Shown piece after piece: positions 46,701 through 61,314 of a DNA stretch of 64,000 bases; the stretch's first letter is position 1, and the number at the start of each line of letters is the position of its first letter. The notes beneath the pieces were generated by a model that saw only the letters and a program-made list of their open reading frames with translations, had not been told where the DNA came from and did not search any database. The stretch is from Azolla caroliniana (Eukaryota > Plantae > Polypodiophyta). The stretch covers positions 12,462,001 through 12,526,000 of the forward strand of contig JBHGNT010000009.1 of the NCBI GenBank assembly GCA_043228905.1. The letters run 5' to 3'. The translations under genes and the position numbers were made by a program.

Positions 46701-49700
46701 TAGTTATTTATTTAATAAAAAATTTCTAACTTTCTGTTTACATGTTTTCAGCCTGATTTGTTGCTTTCAGCCAAGATCCAGAGTCTTTGTCCAACTCTTA
46801 CAGGGAATATATGTTGCACAGCAGAACAGTTTGGTATTTTGCGTACTCAAGTGCAGCAGGTATATATGTATCTCATGAATTGAAAAATGCCCTTCTAAGC
46901 TCAGTTTTGCGCAAGTTTTGATTGAGTTGAATTCTTCAAATTATCTTTAACTGACTTATACAGGCTGTACCTTTCCTTGTTGGATGTCCAGCCTGTTTAC
47001 GCAATTTCTTGAATCTTTTCTGTGAACTTTCTTGCTCTCCGAATCAAAGTGTTTTTATTGACATAACATCTGTATCAGAGGTATGAATCTTTTATCTCAC
47101 ACCTTAGATGAGTTGAAAAAACATTTATTTTCCTCGTATTCTTTATCCTAAGATGCACAGCTAATATAGTTGTTTGCCATGCATATCATAACTATTGATA
47201 CTGCAGGGACCTGGCAATTCAACTGTTACTGGTATTGACTTTTTCGTAGCAGAAGAATATGGCAAGGAACTATATGAGTCATGCAAGGATGTAAAATTTG
47301 GCGCAATGAACACTAGAGCCATGGACTTCATTGGAGGTGGCGCCAATAATATCAAAGGTGATCATTAACGATGAATATAGATGATTTTTGCTCAATCAGC
47401 ATTGGTAAGAATTGTTTTTTCTATATGCAGAATGGTTCACGTTTATCGGCAAGAAAGCGGAAATGTTTGAACCTGGTTCTCCATTTGCAATCCAATTCAC
47501 ATCCTCTGTTGAAAATTCATCCTCCATTGAGCCTCTCAACATGTCAGTGCATCCTTGTTGGGATACTTCATTGTCATGCTCTTGTGGAGATTGCCCATCT
47601 GCAAATTCCTGTGCTGATGTATTACCACCTTCATCACATGATGATGAAGGTTATTGTTTAATTGAAGTTGGTCACAAACAGGTTGCGTTTTATCAACTAG
47701 ACTTTCCACTAGCTCTTTATAATATACATTAATATAATTTTATATTAATGCAGTACTTTCTTCTGTATACTGTATTCTGAATGACAGGTGCGATGCATTG
47801 ATCTGACTATGAGCTTTTTATATATTTTGCTCATCTCTGCTGCAGCTTTTTTTTATTCTTCTAAGAATAAAAGGAAAGGGTACCAAGGCCAAAGTATTCG
47901 AGAACCTCTCATCAAATTTGAAGAGGAGAGTGAACTGCATCCGGTCAGCAATTATGTAGAAACCACAGATATACAAGTAATGTGACCTTGTGGGTTGTAT
48001 AATTCAAGGAAAACCTTATTATCGTTTACTATTTGTCTGTTCATTGCCAGGTGCTGGAAAGTGAAGAAGAAGCTGAATACAAAGAGGACAATCACAGATC
48101 TTTTGTACAATCTTTCCTATCAAAATTCTTTAGGTTTTTCTCCTGCATTCAAGTTCTTTTTTTGTCAAAGAAAGATATAAAAGTAAATAAGATAAAAAGA
48201 GACGAGGGAATCTGGTTTTCGGCACATGTGAGATTCTCAAGTTAGATATATTGTAGCGTTTGTCTTCAAAAGATCTCAAGCATAGGTTGATCCAGAATGG
48301 AAAGGTCGCTGAAGTGAGGGAAGCACATGCGATGGTGGGAGATAATGGCCTTTATCTGTCGATGACAAGGGTGTTGAGGTCGTGGTTCATGGGGCTAGGG
48401 CCTACATGCACGACAAATTGCTATTGCCTGATCAATTGTAACCCCTTTGTTATGTCTTGGTCGGTAGCCCATTTGTGTATCCCTTGTTTGACTTGTAGCA
48501 TTAGTAGGAGTGATGAGGCTAAAGAAAGTTGTGATTGTTCTTTGTGGATGAGCTTGTGTGGTTGTATCCTTCAACAACTTTTCCCGATGTCTCTTGAGCT
48601 CTAGCAGGAAAAGTCCTAGGCACCGTTGGTCCTCATTTTCCATTACCTTGCGTAGTGGGCCAAAGCCTTGTTTAAAGAGGCAATGATATCTCCCTCTGAT
48701 TTCATAAAAGACACTATAGTGACAAACATAGTGTTCTTTGGATTCCAGTCCTTGATGACACAATTGGCAAATTCTTTTTTCTAGAGGTATTTGTGTATAT
48801 AAGCCTACCTCAATCTGTAATTGATGTGATGAAGTTCGCAGCTGCCCCTATCACACTTCGCAGCGCATAGGATAGATGTATGTCCATATAAGGTGGCTTG
48901 ATGATGAATCCATACTCCAATGTGTGTAAGAAGTATGTCTTATAGTGGGGAGAATCAAGCTCAACTTGTGTGAACATGTGCTTATGAAGAAAAGGACGAT
49001 GTGTGAAAAAGTGTGTGAGCACATTTTATTGTAATCCATGTAGTTGTCGAGTGTGTGAGAGCACATTTTATTGTAATCCGTGTAGTTGTCGAGTGTTAGT
49101 GTGGTCAAAGAATATTAGATACTCTTATAACAAAATCGTACTCAAGTGGATATCTTGGTTAGATTCCACCAACACATTTAATAGGGAAGTCCCTTGAGGA
49201 CTTGTATATAAAACCCCCTTTGGCCATTTAGTTTAGTTGATGATCTTTAGTTAATTAATATAGCTCTCTTCAGTGCATAAGCTGTCATCCCCCTACTGTG
49301 TATTTTCTTATTATTTTCTGGTTATTCTCTTTGATTTCTTCTCTTGCTTATTCACCCACTCTCACACAAACACACTACGCTTCTGAATACTCAACTCTAA
49401 TAGAGTTAGATTCCTTACATGGTTATTTTGGGGCTGATGCATGTTATCTTGTTTTCCAAGTTAATAATATCAGTTCGGGTCTCTCTATTCTTTTCCACGT
49501 TGGTCATATTTAGATGGGGACAGTCCAAGCTATATTGGAATGGGGGTAGTGCATTTATACTCATGCCATGTGACTCTAACCATTGCTGCATTTCAGCATA
49601 CCAACAATGAATGTCTCCATTTTCAGCTAGTTGTCTTGATGACATAAGTGACAACCTTTGGTATCTTCATTTAGGGAGCTCCCAAAGTCATTGGATAAAT

Positions 49701-52700
49701 GTCACTAATCGGAACAATGCCTCGGTGATTATAGGTGCTGCTCCCATCTTTGCCTGGATTATATCATGGGGCACCAATGCTTTGCTCCTTATCAAAATAA
49801 ATGTAACTAAGTAAATAAGCAAATAAAAATAGAATTAAGATGTGACCGAAGAATCTTGTCATCTATACATGTAAGATTCTCAAGTCAGATATATTGTAAT
49901 TTTTGTGTTTGGAAAATCTCTAGCATAGATCGATCAAGAATGGAGAGGCCTTTGAAGCAATGGAAGCACATGTGATGGCAGGAGATAATGGCCTTCATCT
50001 TTTGATGACCAGGATGGTGCGGTCATGGTTCACAAGGGCGGGGCCTACGTGCACGACAAATTGCTGTTGCCTAATCTATTGTAGCTCTTCTGCACGTTTT
50101 GGTTGGGAGCCCTTGATTGGCTTGTAGCATAAGTAGGAGTGATGGGGCTAAAGAAAGCTGTGACTTGTTCTTTGTTGATGAGTTTCTGTGGCGGTGTTTT
50201 TGTCCTTCCACAACTTCTCGGTGTCTCTTGAGTTCTTGCAAGAAAAACCCCAAGCACCGTTGGTCCTCTTATTCTATTACCTTGCATAATGGACCAAAAC
50301 CTTTCTTAAATAGACAATGGTATCTGCTACTTATTTTATGGAAAATAGTACAATGACAAACGTAATGTTCTTCAGATTCCCCTCCATGATGACACAATTG
50401 GCAAATTCTTTGTTCTAGAAGTATTTGTGCATATTTTCCTTCTTCAATCTCAACTGATGTGAAGAAGTTCACAGCTGCCCTATCACATTGCACATCGCAT
50501 AGGATAGATGTATGTCCATATGGATAAGGGGACTTGAAGATGAATCCATCCTCTAATGTGTGAAAAAGTGTCTTAAAGTGGGCCACCCTCCAACTTGATT
50601 ATGTCACTTGGGACCTCTCTACTCTTTTCCACCTTGGGTCATGTTCTGATTGTTGGGTTCTTGTTTTGAATCACAAAAACTTACCCACTTTAGGGTTATG
50701 AGAGTATTTATAGACAGGGGGAAAAAACCTCCTAAAGAGGGAAAAAATGCCCCTGTTGTCCTAAGTGTATTCACACGCATCATTGTCCTAAGTGTGTTCA
50801 CACACATCACTATCCTAAGTGTGTTCACACACCACTACCGAAATATGTCAACAAATTCCCCTTGGGAGTGATGCGGTGAACAAGGAGCTAGCACTCATGG
50901 CTAAGCAAGTGCCAAGCTATGTGGATACAGATAAATCCACAAATGGAAGTAGGCCTAAAGCTTTGCGGAAAGCTTCAAACTTCTCCCTAGGCAGAGCCTT
51001 TGTGAAGAGGTCTGCAATGTTCTCTTGCGTGGGCACATAAGGCAAACTGATCTCACCAGTGGAGAACCTTTCCCTAACATAGTGATAATGCATGTCAATG
51101 TGCTTAGTGCGAGCATGGAACACAGGGTTCCTCACAACTGCCATTGCGCTTTGATTGTCAGTGAAGATGGTGGTGGCAGAAGATTGACCAACACCCAAAT
51201 CAGCTAAAAGGCGTCTGAGCCACACACACTCAACTGTAGCTGTGAAAGCTGCCCTATACTCAGCCTCACAACTGGAAGTGGCCACAATAGGCTGCTTCTT
51301 GCTCAACCAAGATATGCATGAGCTACCAAGCATGAAGCAAAAACCACTTGTGGACACATGAGTGTCATAACAACCAGCCCAATCAGAGTCAGAAAAAGCA
51401 TGCAGGTCTGGCGGTAGTGATCCCCCCTTGGGATAAAACAACCCAAGTGACCGGGTACCACTCAAGTAGCGAAAGATGCGCTTAACTGCCTGCCAATGCT
51501 TTACTCCTGGGCAATGCATAAACCTGCTCATTTGAGAGACAGCAAACTGAATATCAGGTCGGGTTACGCATAAGTAAATCAAGCATCCAACTGCCTGGTG
51601 ATAGAGAACAACATCAAATGCATCTCCAACATCATGAAGGCTCAAACGTAAACCTGTCTCCATGGGAGTGGCAATAGGTTTACAGTCTTCAAGGCCAAAA
51701 CACTGCAATAATGTGTCAATGTATTTCGATTGACGCAAAGCTATTCCACCATCAACTTGCATAAATTGAATGCCCAAATAAAGATGCAAATGCCCCAAAT
51801 CTGACATCTCAAAAGAGGCATGCAAATCAGCATTAAAGTCAGCAATGTGCTTCTCATTGGGACTAGTGAGCAACATATCATCGACATACACAACCATGAT
51901 CAGAAATACATCATCAGCACGCTTAACATATAAGGTGCTTTTAGTTGGACTATTCTCAAACCCAAATGCAATCAAATAGGCATGTATCTTTTCATACCAA
52001 AAACGTGGTGCTTGCTTCAAGCCATATAATGCCTTTCTCAACCTGCACACTTTATGTTCATGACCTTTCTGCACAAAACCACTGGGCTGAGTTACATACA
52101 CCTCCTCATGAAGATCACCATTTAGAAATGCTGTTTTAATGTCAAATTGATGCTGTTCAGACACATCACTGTCCTAAGTGTGTTCACACACATCACTATC
52201 CTAAGTGTGTTCACACACATCACTATCCTAAGTGTGTTCACACAGCACTATCCTAAGTGTGCTCACACACATCACTATCCTAAGTGTTTTCACACAGCAC
52301 TGTCCTAAGTGTGTTCACACATATCACTACCGAAATATGTCAACACTGATGGGGACAATCCAACCTATATTTGAGTGGGGGTAGTGCATTTGTGTTTATG
52401 CCATGTGACTCAAAACATTGTTGCATTTTAACATACCCACAATTAATATCTCCATGTTAAGCAAGTTGTTTTCATGACATAAGTGCCAGCCTTGAATACC
52501 TTTGTGTAGTGAGCTTCAAGAGGTGTTGGATATTGGCCGCTAACCTGAATAATGCCTCGATGATTGTTGGGGCTGCTTCCATCTCTGGTAGGATTATATC
52601 ATGGGACACTAATGCTTTGCTCTTCATCATTGGGACAATTATTGAGATTAAAGAACTCTCTAAACCTTTTGATTTATGTGTAGAAAGTTGTAAAGGTTCC

Positions 52701-55700
52701 CATATTAAAGCAATTCCATCTCTGGTAGGATTATATCATGGGACACTAATGCTTTGCTCTTCATCATTGGGGCAATTATTGAGATTAAAGAACTCTCTAA
52801 ACCTTTTGATTTATGTGTAGAAAGTTGTAAAGGTTCCCATATTAAAGCAATAGTATGTTAAAATAGTGATGCATTTGCTAAAAGAAAACCTTCTGTAAAT
52901 TTCAAATCTTAGAAAGTTGTGAAGGTTCCCATATTAAAGCAAATAGTATATTTAAATAGTGTTGCATTTGCTAAATAAAAACCTTCTGTAAATTTCAAAT
53001 CTATCTAATACTGATTATGTGTTCTACCAATCCTCATGGTAATATATACTGGAATTTATGTCTTATACATGGGAAGAAAGGGATGTTTGATAATGTAGGC
53101 TAAGATTGGGGTTGAGAAACCAGACAATGGAGTCTGCAATTTGTTTAAACAGCTCAAATTTAGGGACAAATACACGTCTTATTGTAATCTGAACTCCGTA
53201 GCTGAGAATGCAGCAACAAATTCAGACTAACGATAGTCAGCAAAGAGGGGAAGAAAGAAATATATATTAACATCTCTAGAAAGGGCCGTAATTTGCCCAT
53301 GAGACGTAAATAAGTTTACAACTAATGTTAATTTTTGAATTTTGATAGCAAGAATCTTTCTAATATTGATTCCTAAAACTAAGCAGGGGAAATTGAATAT
53401 TGACAAGAAAATAGTTCGAAATTAATTTGATTTCATATATAGAACTTGCTATTAGGCCAAACCTTAAAAAAATCAGAACCTTTTTCTTTCACATCTTTAG
53501 CCCAAACCTTGTGCACGTAGGCCCCGAACCCATGGACCATGACCTCACCACCCTTGTCATTCACAGATAAAGGTCATTATCTCCCGCATCGCAGGTGCTT
53601 CCCTCGTTTCAGAGGCCTCCTATGCTAGAGATCTTTCAAAGAAAAAAGTTATAATCTGTGTAACTTGTGAATCTTACATGTGCCGAAAACCAGATTCTTT
53701 AGTCTTGTTTTATATTATTTACTTAGTAATATTAATTTTATTTTGATTTGTTGTCCTCAAAGATGAGACAACACTTAAGATGTAATCTCTTGTTTGGTCT
53801 TATAGGCCATTTTGGCCTGTAAAAAGATTCATTTTAAGGACTGCTTTATCCTGCATTGCTTGGCATATCTTCTGTGTTTAAGTTGCTGATCATGTCCACT
53901 TTGTGTGGGCATCTTTAAAAGCATAATATATTGCCAAAAACTTTCCAAGCACTGTAGGGCCTCTAGTTTTAAAGCCTATTTCATAGCCTTGTATATTTAA
54001 TTAGGGCTTTAAAGGCAAGGCATAATGCAAACTAGTATAATTCATAGGTGGCTTGGTATTGCTGTTGCGAAGAATCCTGGGCTTGTTTTGTCAATAGCAG
54101 TCGGCATCATGTTTATTATGTGCTTGGGCTTGTTCTTTTTGAAGGTGGAAACTGATCCAGAGAAGGTAATTTAAAGCCATGCTTACTATGTACAACATAA
54201 GATGACCAGTGCCTTGTAATGAAAATAATATCTTCATTTTCCTTTCCAGCTGTGGGTTAGTCCAGGTAGTCAAGCAGCAACAGAAAAGGAATTCTTTGAC
54301 ACACATTTGGCTCCTTTTTACAGAATTCAGCAGGCTAGTTAGCGAGATATAATATTCGTCAATGCCTTTACTTTTTCTTATGTTCTGTGGGTATTTATAG
54401 AAGTAATAAACCCTTTTTTAATCCTTTTTTACAGCTTATTTTGGCAACAATCCCAAAACCAGGGGATACAGTTGCTTCCACCATTGTCACAGACAAGAAT
54501 ATTCTGCTTCTATTTGATATGCAGAAGAAGGTAAATAATTAATTTCCCTAGTCCAACATTAAGAAAGTGAAAATACCCTTATCAGCAATAGGATGGCTTA
54601 TTTTTGTGTCCCTAAATTAATGATCTATGATCAGACTTTGTACCCTATGGGGATACATAATCATTCTTTGATGAGTCGTCTTCATCCTGGTTTAGAAAAA
54701 TATTATTATCAGTTTGTTTATTTTTTATTGTACACAATGCTGAGCTTGTAATGTGCATTTAAAGCTATTATATATTTATCATGTTCAATACCGTTGCATC
54801 TATCAAATACATACCTATTCATTCTTTTTATGGGGTTCCTCTACATTATGATGCAAAAAAAAAGAATCAAAGAACATGCACCTTGGAAGTAGTTAAGAAG
54901 TAGAAGGGACACCTATGGACAAAGTTGGAGTTGTGAGTGCAACATCAGATGGCAAAAAAAAGAAAGAAAGTGTGTGCCATTCATTTAAGTATCAGTTGTT
55001 GGATCACAGGAGTATGGAACCCCTCAGAGGGATGTAAAGGCATTGGGAACAAAGTTGGGATATCAGAGATCCCCATTACACCAGAATGGATAGTTGAGAA
55101 ACATGAATCGTGAAGCCAAGCATTGATTTTAAATGATAGTAAACCCTGAAAGGTGAAAAAAATATCCTTGAATGAGAATCTTACATTGGCACAAGATTTA
55201 TGCCTATCTTCCTACCAAAAGATATTGGGGGCCTCTTGTTTGGTCTTATAGGACATTTTGGCCTCCTAAAAGACGTTAACATATCTTTCTTTATTTCATT
55301 ATCCAATTTAATGGTATCATTTCCCAATTGTTTGTTAGTGGATGATTAATTATGAATCACAACCAATTAAAAAGGGTACCAATAAAACAAAGAACAAAAT
55401 ATCAGTTTTTTATTTCAAATAATAAAAATGGAAAAGAGTGAAAATAGGATATAGTAATCCTCATCATATATTGTAGATTTTTAAGTGCCAGTCTTGAGTA
55501 TCTTTGCTTTGGGAGCTCCCAAATGCATTGCATACCAGTCACTGATCAGAATAATGCCTCAATCTCTGATTGGGCTGCTCCTACCTCCATCCAGATTATA
55601 GCATGGGGCATCCTTGTTTTGATCCTAAACATACAGGCAATAATGGAGACCAAAGTTCTCTTCAAATCTGGCTAGTTATGGGCCTAGAAGGCCCGGTCTT

Positions 55701-58700
55701 CAAATCTACTCCGTCGTACAAGTGTGTTAACAACCAGAATTGAGTTCGTGTTTCTTGGAACTGTATATGTGCACATCATCTTTTAAGGGCACCAAGGGCT
55801 GCATATCCACGAGTAAGTTGAGCACATGTGGCCTCCCTTAGGGAAAACCAATTCCTCTTTTCATACAAAATGACTTTACAGCATTTAGATCTCTTTCTAG
55901 ATCCCTTGGAGGGTTTCAAATAAATGGCGTCATTGCATATAATAATTTAAGTATGGATTCCTTGCACCAACAATATATTTTCCTTTTATGGGCTCTTCCT
56001 ACGAAGGGCTCTGAGGGTCAATATGTGATCCAAAGTTGTCAACCCCTTTCATGAACCTGCCTCTCTGGCTGAATGTCAGCCATTTCTCTCACCATCATAA
56101 GTGATTTCATTTCTTCTGATATCCCTTCATTCTAGATTGACCCATGCTAGATATATTTTGAAGACAGAAATTACAATCTATCTGACTTGAGAATAGTACA
56201 TGTATAAATAACAGGGTTTCTTAGTCACATTTATTTTTATTTACTTTCTATTTAGTTGTTTCTATTTTGGTTTGTCTCTAAGATGAGACAACATTTTAAG
56301 CTGTAATCTCTTTTCTGGTCTTATATGTGTGATCAATAGAGATGCCTCGAACCTATCTGCATGGACGTTTACTATTTTTCAACTGCGTCCTCAAAGATCC
56401 TACCTCCTAGGAGTGATCTATCTACCATCATCACAAGGCATTGGAGACAACCTTCTTGTCCCACTGAACTGTCCATATTAGATCACTCCATGATGGACAT
56501 CTTCAGATGGCCGTATTTTTAGTTACAATTGTGAGGCACCGAACCTTAATCATAATTACATTTAAAGCCATTTATTATAGGGAGCTACAGTAGAAATCCA
56601 CTTTTCTTTTGTTAGTCTCATTCATGAGATGGTAAAACTAGTTGGAGTATTTGTCATGTGTCATTGGCCATTATAGTCTTTTATAGACGTTTATATATCT
56701 TTCTTTTGTTCTTTCTTGGTTTTCTTCAGAAGATCCAAAGTGTACCTTTATTCATCTTTATCAGCTGCTAAGTTCCAACGATGCATATTTATTGAAGTTT
56801 GATAATGCAGTTGGTACAATCATTATTATCAAATATTATCCTTTGTATGTACAGATTGATGCAATAAGGGGGAACAACTCAGGGGTTTCTGTTGCCTTTG
56901 AGGACATATGCTTGAAACCAGTTGGCTCTGCCTGTGCTAGTCAAACTGTATTACAGGTATGATTTGACTTTGCAAGGAAATTCACATATATTCAAACACC
57001 ATTAAGGTACAACTGCTTCTATGTCTGTATTTCAGTATTTCAAAATGAATCCTGAACTTTTTGAAGATTATGAAGGTGCTTCCCATGCCCTATTTTGTTT
57101 TGAGGTACTCAACTTTTGCCTGCTACATTATTTAGCTAATGCCTTATAGTTGAGGAAAATCCAAGGACTGGAAAACTGATGGGAAAAAATTATCATTGTC
57201 TTGCCAGCATTTTTCTTCATCTGAACCATGTCTCAGTGCTTATCAAGCACCGGTTGATCCAAGCACTGTGCTTGGCGGCTTTACTGGGAATAATTACTCT
57301 CAGGTTTTTCTTAAATTCAGATGATAAATATTTGAATAATAGCGGCAAACTATTTAGCTCTTTACTTTTGACTATAATTCAGGCAACGGCCTTCATTGTG
57401 ACATATCCTGTCAACAATGCAGCAGGGAAGTTCACTGAAGCAAATAAAGCAGCTATTGCATGGGAAGAGGCTTTTGTGACTTTAGCAAAGGTATTTATTT
57501 AATGCATTAAACATTTAGTGTTTTAGTATTGTTAAAATAATGGATATTTTTGAGCAGGAAGAGCTTACACAAATGGCGCTTTCTCATAATCTGACTCTCG
57601 CATTCTCCTCTGAGAGTTCTATTCAAGCAGAACTAAGCAGGGAGAGTACAGCTGATGTTATGACAATAATGGTAAATGAAGTCAACAACATATTATTTAT
57701 TTATCTCTCATAATACTTGGAAAGTAATGCTGAAGTGATATTTTTGTATGCAGATAAGCTATTTGGTAATGTTTGCCTATATTTCCATCTCTCTTGGTGA
57801 TTTTTTGCCTTCCAAAGCTCCCTTTTATGTCACATCAAAGGTATTCAGGAACAAACTTATTGATCATTTACTTCAGCTAGCTATGTTTACAATATGTGCA
57901 TTTTAATGAGGGTTTTGTTAGAAGGTTTCTATTATGTAAAACTTTCAAGAATACCTTATGAGCAAAAATAAGTAATGAATAAAAATATATTGTCCAACAA
58001 CGAGTCCAAACTGTCTGTTTCATACAAAAGGATTCAAGTTGATCCAATTTCCACGTGTATAGTACCTATTCTAGGATCATAGGTATCATTTGGTTGTAAC
58101 TTTGGTCTCATTCGTCATGCACATTGGAATAGGTACTAGAATAGGTACTTTGGTCTTTCTGGATAATTGAACGCAAGAAAGGAAGGCAAATGGGCAGTAA
58201 ATAGAGATTTGAGATCATTAGTACAGAGAAGAGAGCTGCATGAATCTGCATGGCTTATGAGACTTTATGCATCACTATTTGGATCACCATGGCTCTCTAA
58301 GGACATACACTAATTATTTTGAAGATACCTTCAAGAACACAGATATACTGTCTATATAAAGACACCACTGCATTGCCATAAACTCCCAATGTGCAAAGAT
58401 ATAGATGGGAGTTGGTATGTCATCCCCAACCATAGATACCACACAGTAGTAGAAGCTCCAGAGGAGTGGCTATATTTTGGAAAAAGGAGCTCCATGAGAG
58501 TGCATCTTGTGCAAGGATATAGATACGAGTTATATGTGGATACAAATAAAAAAGTAGGGATCTTAGAGAGCTATGTATTGCAATTTTCTTCTTTCCACCT
58601 GCCTACTTGAAGTTTGTACCACTGGAAGAATCACCATTTGCACCATTATATGATGATATCATAAGGTTTTCTAGTATGGGGGATATAGTACTATTAGTAT

Positions 58701-61279
58701 GGAGAAGTTATGGCAGGCGAAGTTGGTCTAAAGCGACAAGCTCAAGAGATGAGTGCAGTAACAAAATATGATAAACACTTTCTAGCCTTGAGAAGTGCTG
58801 ATGGATTTGTGATGTATAATAGTTTGTCGCGATGGTCCGTATCAGATGCTTTGATATGTTGGAACATCAAGGGAAGTGCAAGCACAATCGATTACCTGAT
58901 GGGATCTGTAAAGAATCTAACTCTAGCATGTACTTTCTGCAGGTATCATTGGGTTTAGCAGGCGTTTCAATTGTAGCATTGTCTGTTCTTGGATCCGTAG
59001 GCCTTTTCAGTATATTTGGAGTGAAATCAACTCTAATAATTGCTGAAGTGATACCTTTCCTTGTCTTGGCTGTAAGTAAATTCTGTCATTTATTATGGTT
59101 GCATGTTAGCCACTTCTAGAAGACATGAAAAATTAATGTGGTAGTGGTAAAACAGTGCTCTTGCTAATTATCGTTGTTATAAGTAAATTTAGCAATTTTG
59201 AGACAAGCAAGTTGCTGCATTAAAAGATAAATAATCCATGCATACTACATTAACGCTCAAAACTCACACATGCAGTTAACACTATTGAGAGAATAAAAAT
59301 TTGCTCATCACAATTGTCACAGTTTTATTTATAATCTTCACATTTCTTGAGCTTAGGACTAGCTTTTGCATATTCCCAATGTATGTACATGTTTGCTTTC
59401 CTGTTTGGAACATAAAATATATTCCGTTTTGTCCACCAACCGTTCCATATTGGATTACATCATGTTGAATTTTTTCGGAGTGCAGAAATTTTGGTTCCAA
59501 TGGTGTGGCTTCAAATCTGTTTGTTTAATTTTGTTCCACAATTACATTTCAAGTCATTTAGTTTCAGGAAGCTAGCATAGAAATACATTTTTCTTTTGTT
59601 ATTCTCTTTAATTCCTCGCATTGGCAAGTTAACATAAACAGTTGCAGTCTTTGACCATTATGATCATTTAGAGATGTTAATAGTCTTTTTTTCTTTCTTC
59701 TGTTTTGGATATTTATTTATTGTAATATGAAAATTCAAATTGGGGCTTTCAATGAGAAATATCTTACCTTTTGACAGGTTGGCGTTGATAACATGTGCAT
59801 CATAGTGCATGCGGTGAAGCGGCAAGATATACACCTTTCCTCAGAGGTGCGAGTTGGTAATGCTTTAGCTGAAATAGGGCCTTCCATAACACTTGCAAGT
59901 TTGGCGGAGAGTCTAGCCTTTGCGGTTGGGATCATGACCCCAATGCCAGCATGCCGGGTGTTTTCTATGTTTGCAGGTAGCTCCAGTATGGGTGTTACTT
60001 TTTTCGTTCTCTGTTTTAGAAGACTGACATGTATTTATACTTTTGCATATTTAGAAGACTGACATGTATTAAGCTGGCATGTATTTATACTTTTGCAGCC
60101 ATGGCAGTGTTTTTGGATTATTTGCTACAATTGACAGCTTTTGTTGCTCTTCTTACTTATGATCTGAAAAGGACAGAATCGAAACGGGTGGACTGCTTCC
60201 CGTGCTTCCCCACTACTGTGCATGAAGATGATTCAGCAGGTTCAAGGAACTCCTTTCTATGTATTGCGAATTGAACTTATCTAGATGCCAATGCATGTAA
60301 CAATATAATGTGAATGCCATTTTTCATTTTTCTTTCTGCTCTTTGAAGAAGGCACGATACCCAGCACACGCCAAGAACCTGGTCTTCTTGTCACCTACAT
60401 GGAGGTATTCTGAACTCACATCTGATAACCTTGTTTGCTCAGGATGGCAGGCTTTTTATGACTCAGAAAATTCAAAATTTTGGTATTTTTCCAAATTGCT
60501 CCCTTTTGGTTGCAGATGTTTCATGCTCCGTTTCTAGAGATACCATCAGTCAAAGCTTTTGTACTTGCGGGATTTATTGGATTAATGTTTGCCAGCATTG
60601 TGAGTACCGTATTTCATATGCTCATTCTAGTTATCATGGCTTGGTTCATGTGAGTTTGGATCTATGAATGTGTGTCCAGCAAAGATGCCATACTAGTTTT
60701 ACTATGGTAACTCAAGTTAAGCTATCATGTTTTACAGAAAGTTTATTTTATGTATTAGATTCAATTTTTTTGATAGATCAGGATCCGCTGCCGATATTAT
60801 TGTAATGCATCAAAAAGCAATATATTGTCTGGCTAATTCTGATCTGATGTAAATAATGTATTTGATACAAACTTACATTTTAAGGATTGAAGAAATTAAG
60901 GGATACATTACTCAGTGCCAAATGGTTGCAGCATTAAGGTTTAAGAAGAAGCAGAATTATCTTACATAAGTGGAATCCATCAAGAAAGAATGATATGCAT
61001 ACATAAAGACCTATCACATACAATCATACACATGAAACTGATTCAGCACTGTTTTTTGTAAACAAAAGAAATTGAGATAACGATAATCCAAGAGCCAAGA
61101 TGGTTTTAGCTCAGCTAGTAGGGTTGCCTTTCAGAAACCAAAAGGCCATACATCAAGTCCAAACACTCCACAATGGCATCTAGTAAAGTAGTGTATATAA
61201 AACAGCTGCATGGGTTAGTAAAAACTTGGCTTACCGTTAGGATATGGCTCTAATATGAAAATATATATACATATATGAA

Positions 61280-61314
<35 letters not shown>

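Larger units (their letters stand above)
49810..52690 (-). mobile_element. Second LINE 3' fragment, interrupted by Copia L
   Basis: [20 protein letters not shown] (ORF 50269-50586). LINE sequence resumes at 52346. Confidence 0.7.

Noticed and set aside
52163-52329. Regular ~27-bp repeats resembling a CRISPR array
   Set aside because: Units are head-to-tail with no unique spacers and lie within a Copia LTR in eukaryotic DNA. No cas genes are present.
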